Sequence record: DRR723986_10561
Reading direction: 5' to 3' (one strand)
Length of the DNA: 40,201 nucleotides
Under the pieces are notes generated by a model that worked only from the letters and a program-made list of their open reading frames with translations, was not told the origin of the DNA and searched no databases. This document shows, one piece after another, positions 37,256-40,201 of this stretch; position 1 is the stretch's first letter; each line of letters starts with the position of its first letter. Both the position numbers and the translations under genes were made by a program.

Positions 37256-39217
37256 CTACTGAAGGTTAGGATCCTTCGGATCACTGGCCATTCGACCAGA
37301 GTAATCACCTTGCTCGCAGGCACGCGCCCAGATCTCGGCCGGAACGTCCTTCATCACCCCGAGTGCCTGAGTCAGGTTAAGCGTTTCCAAGGCCACTACT
37401 GGATCGGAGGTCGACCTCAAGATGCCAAGAATCGCGTCGAAACCAGCCTTTGGCTGACCGAGCCGATAGACTGCTTCGGCTGCGGCAACCTGCACGGCTG
37501 CTGAATCATCATCAAGTAGCTTCGTTAGGCTGTCAACGACGTTGGAAGTAGCGTCCCCTTGAGGCCCGCCCCCTTGAATGGTGCAGCCGAGAGCGGCCCA
37601 GTACCGCATAACGGGATGCTCGTGGGTGAGTGCCTCTTTGAGCTGCGGAAGTGAATCAGCGGAACCGCTGCCCGCAGCCAGCGCGAGTTGGAGAGCCTCT
37701 TCATAGGGAAAATCCTGGCTGTGGACGTACTCTGCGACCGTGCCATTGGCGGAGATGTTCGTATACATCGACTCCGGGATAATTCCTGCGTCGCGAATTT
37801 CTCGCATCTTATCCAGCGTGGCCGAACGCATCTTCTGCAAGCGTTCTTGATGCTCGGGATCATTGGCCAAGTTCTTTAGCTCCCACGGATCGGACGCGGT
37901 GTGATAGAGTTCCTCGGTTGGTTGTGGAACGCTCCAATAAGCAGACTGCACGTCGTTCAAGCCGCCCTCTTTTCGAACGCGAAATAGCGACTGCCAGCCA
38001 ACTTGTCCGTGAGGGTAACCAGTGAATATCCCGCGGTGTCGATGCGGATGGAAATTGCGAATGTACCGATACTCACCGTCGGTGACTCCACGCACAAACC
38101 GCAGCATCCGTGAATCAAATCGTTGACCAAACAGGAACACAAATGGTTCGCCCGGATCCGCAGCTTCGCCCGCAAAAGCATGTCCCTGAAACTGCTCTGG
38201 GATATCGATGCCCGCTAGGCTAAAGACTGTTGGAGGCAGGTCGATGAACGCAACCGGTCGATCACTAACCGAGCCCGCTGTGGCTGGTGCAAGGTGCTGC
38301 CACTTTTTCGGGAAGTGCACAATCATCGGAACGTGCGTCCCAGTGTCATTGATGTAACGCTTTGATCTTGGCAAAATCCCACCGTGGTCTGCATAGTAGA
38401 AGACGATGGTGTTCTCCCGCACGCCTTCTTCATCAAGTTCATCGAGCCAAGTGCCAATCTGAGCGTCCATGGCCGTGATGACGTCCATGTACGTCACCCA
38501 ATCTTGACGAATCTCAGGTGTATCCGGGTAGTGCGGCGGGAGCTGCACGGAAGCCGGATCGCGAGTCGGCTCGGCGGGAATAGTTCCGTTCTCGCGGTAG
38601 TTGTCCGTCTTGGACTTGAACAGACAGCTCTCGTGACTGATCGTCGTGTTAAATACTGCGAAGAAAGGCTGACCCTCTTTGCGATTCTTCCAGTGGGCCT
38701 TTCCACCGCACGCATCCCAATGTCCCTTGTCGTTGGTGCGGAAGTTGTAATCTGTCTTTGACCGATTGACGCAGTAGTAACCGGCTTCACGTAGAAACGA
38801 GGGGTAGGTACGAAAATTGTTCGGGACTGGATAGCGGCTGCGCATGTTGTGCGTGCCATTGCTGCAGGCGTAGCGGCCGAGAATCAGCGTGTTTCGAGCA
38901 ACTGCACAAACCGCTGCGTTGGAGTAAGCGTACTTGTAACGGATGCCAGCGGCCGCCAACGCATCAATATTTGGGGTCTTAGCATCTTCATTTCCGTAGC
39001 ACCCAATCCAGTGGTGACTATTGTCCTCGCTGGTAACCCACAAGATATTGGGACGATCGCTGTCGCCAGGTGAGGCCGCCGAGACGACGTTTGGGCTTAG
39101 CCAGCACAGCAGCAGGGCCGTCAGCGCCTTTGCAGTACCGGAAGTTACACTCCCGGTCGGCCCGGAAAGTAGGGTTTTCAGTCGTCGTATCGTCATGAAT
39201 CCTCGCCTAGTGATCAT
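37256..39217 (-). CDS. Formylglycine-type (S1) sulfatase with C-terminal HEAT-like repeats
   Basis: RPNILW..ED, TPNIDALA, CAVAR, KTDYN, ENTIVFYYADHG, EELY...DP.EL.NLA; helical L..D....V..AAAEA repeats. Confidence 0.92.
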   Translation of the reverse strand: MITRRGFMTIRRLKTLLSGPTGSVTSGTAKALTALLLCWLSPNVVSAASPGDSDRPNILWVTSEDNSHHWIGCYGNEDAKTPNIDALAAAGIRYKYAYSNAAVCAVARNTLILGRYACSNGTHNMRSRYPVPNNFRTYPSFLREAGYYCVNRSKTDYNFRTNDKGHWDACGGKAHWKNRKEGQPFFAVFNTTISHESCLFKSKTDNYRENGTIPAEPTRDPASVQLPPHYPDTPEIRQDWVTYMDVITAMDAQIGTWLDELDEEGVRENTIVFYYADHGGILPRSKRYINDTGTHVPMIVHFPKKWQHLAPATAGSVSDRPVAFIDLPPTVFSLAGIDIPEQFQGHAFAGEAADPGEPFVFLFGQRFDSRMLRFVRGVTDGEYRYIRNFHPHRHRGIFTGYPHGQVGWQSLFRVRKEGGLNDVQSAYWSVPQPTEELYHTASDPWELKNLANDPEHQERLQKMRSATLDKMREIRDAGIIPESMYTNISANGTVAEYVHSQDFPYEEALQLALAAGSGSADSLPQLKEALTHEHPVMRYWAALGCTIQGGGPQGDATSNVVDSLTKLLDDDSAAVQVAAAEAVYRLGQPKAGFDAILGILRSTSDPVVALETLNLTQALGVMKDVPAEIWARACEQGDYSGRMASDPKDPNLQ

Positions 39218-39466
39218 TCGCGTTTGTGCTTAGTCTATTGAAGCGTACCGCCCAGCGACCAGTCAGTACGTTCGTGATATTCACGCAAGCGATACCGTGC
39301 GGCCCAGGGAAACTAGCGTGATTGTACTCTGCCACCCGGCAGTTGTGTTGGCTCATTCAGCATCGCTGGAGACATTCGCAGCCGTCCGCGCAAGGCACTT
39401 TCGATTGCTTCGAGTACCTTAGGCGGAAAGCCCTCTGTTGAGCCATCCCGCTGGATTGAGGTCTGT

Positions 39467-39503
39467 GTACTCGACTTGTCCGTACTCGACTTGTCCGTAC
39501 TCG
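39467..39503. repeat. 15-bp tandem repeat GTACTCGACTTGTCC x2.5
   Basis: Copies at 39467-39481 and 39482-39496, partial copy at 39497-39503. Confidence 0.92.
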
Positions 39504-39532
39504 GCCCTAGCACCTGCGCGATGCAGTGGGCC

Positions 39533-39563
39533 AACTAGTTGCAAGAGTCCAAACTAGTTGCAA
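39533..39563. repeat. 12-bp direct repeat AACTAGTTGCAA x2, period 19 bp, with palindromic core
   Basis: Copies at 39533-39544 and 39552-39563; CAACTAGTTG at 39532-39541 is a perfect palindrome. Confidence 0.88.
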
Positions 39564-39589
39564 TCGGTCAACAGATGCATTACACAGTG

Positions 39590-39622
39590 TTCCCAGCAGG
39601 AAGAACTTCCCAGCAGGAAGAA
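39590..39622. repeat. 16-bp direct repeat TTCCCAGCAGGAAGAA x2, period 17 bp
   Basis: Copies at 39590-39605 and 39607-39622. Confidence 0.92.
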
Positions 39623-39679
39623 GAATCGCCACGCGTGGAGTCGCTCTTTCCCCTCCTATTCGTCCGAGGCGCACTTCAA

Positions 39680-40201
39680 ATGAACGCTACCAAAGTAACA
39701 CTGACTGTGATTGCCGTAATTCTGCTAGAGAGTGCAGCTTTTGCGCAGATCGCAAACAAGATTGAGTCGACAGTCTCAGGAAAGGCCACCACAATGCAGC
39801 CGCAGCAGATGTTTGAAAAGATGGTTGGCCAATGGAAGGGCAGTTGCAAGACTTGGTTCGAGCCGGGAAAGCTTGCCGATGAATCTGAGATCAGCGGTAA
39901 ATTTACGGCAATCTATGGCGGCAAGTTTGTCCAGCACACCTACCACGGAAAGATCAAAGGGAAGAATCGAACGGGCGAAGAATTGATCGCTTACAATGCG
40001 ATCACCCAGGACTTTCAAGTCTCCTGGGTTGATGACTTTCACATGAGCGAGGCGATTTTGTTCTCAGTCGGCCCCGCGATCGAGAATGGCTTTAGTGTGA
40101 CGGGCAAGTACGACACGGGGCCTGACCAACCGCAGTGGGGATGGAGAACGGAGTACAAGCTGCTCGACGACGATCGATTACTCATCACCGCCTACAACAT
40201 T
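39680..40201 (+). CDS. DUF1579-like secreted protein, truncated at the window edge and missing from the ORF track
   Basis: My translation: MNATKVTLTVIAVILLESAAFAQ...MVGQWKGSCKTWFEPG...GGKFVQHTY...SWVDDFHM...WGWRTEY...LLITAYNI; no stop before the window end. Confidence 0.8.
   Translation, partial: MNATKVTLTVIAVILLESAAFAQIANKIESTVSGKATTMQPQQMFEKMVGQWKGSCKTWFEPGKLADESEISGKFTAIYGGKFVQHTYHGKIKGKNRTGEELIAYNAITQDFQVSWVDDFHMSEAILFSVGPAIENGFSVTGKYDTGPDQPQWGWRTEYKLLDDDRLLITAYNI

Noticed and set aside
39313..39534. 73-aa ORF containing STDKSSTDKSST
   Set aside because: The peptide repeat simply reflects the 15-bp DNA repeat; no ribosome-binding site or other coding evidence
39467..39622. Mini-CRISPR array
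   Set aside because: Repeats are 12-16 bp, differ from one another, have no spacer-length gaps and no cas genes are present

Overview
A 40-kb chromosomal window from a Planctomycetota bacterium, probably Pirellulaceae-like. The taxonomy is inferred from the PSCyt/DUF1549/DUF1553-DUF1501 pair, the TIGR02999-type ECF sigma factor plus Ser/Thr kinase pair and the DUF1080 and sulfatase content. Housekeeping genes (polA, infC, uvrA, pepF) are interspersed with accessory modules. (i) A co-oriented run of an ECF sigma factor, a 1227-aa membrane Ser/Thr kinase whose ectodomain reads as LRR / four-bladed hemopexin-like propeller / LRR, and a RaxST-like sulfotransferase. (ii) An AgcS symporter, MIP channel, TIM-barrel protein and PepF. 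(iii) A hydroxyproline epimerase plus FAD D-amino-acid dehydrogenase pair. (iv) A five-gene exported cluster: DUF1553 cytochrome, DUF1501, trypsin-like protease, hexaheme cytochrome c and a propeller-ThuA fusion. (v) A sulfatase with a non-canonical CAVAR motif. I found no tRNA, rRNA, CRISPR array or mobile element. Intergenic DNA carries several short tandem duplications and hairpin clusters. All family assignments come from reading motifs by eye and were not confirmed by any search.
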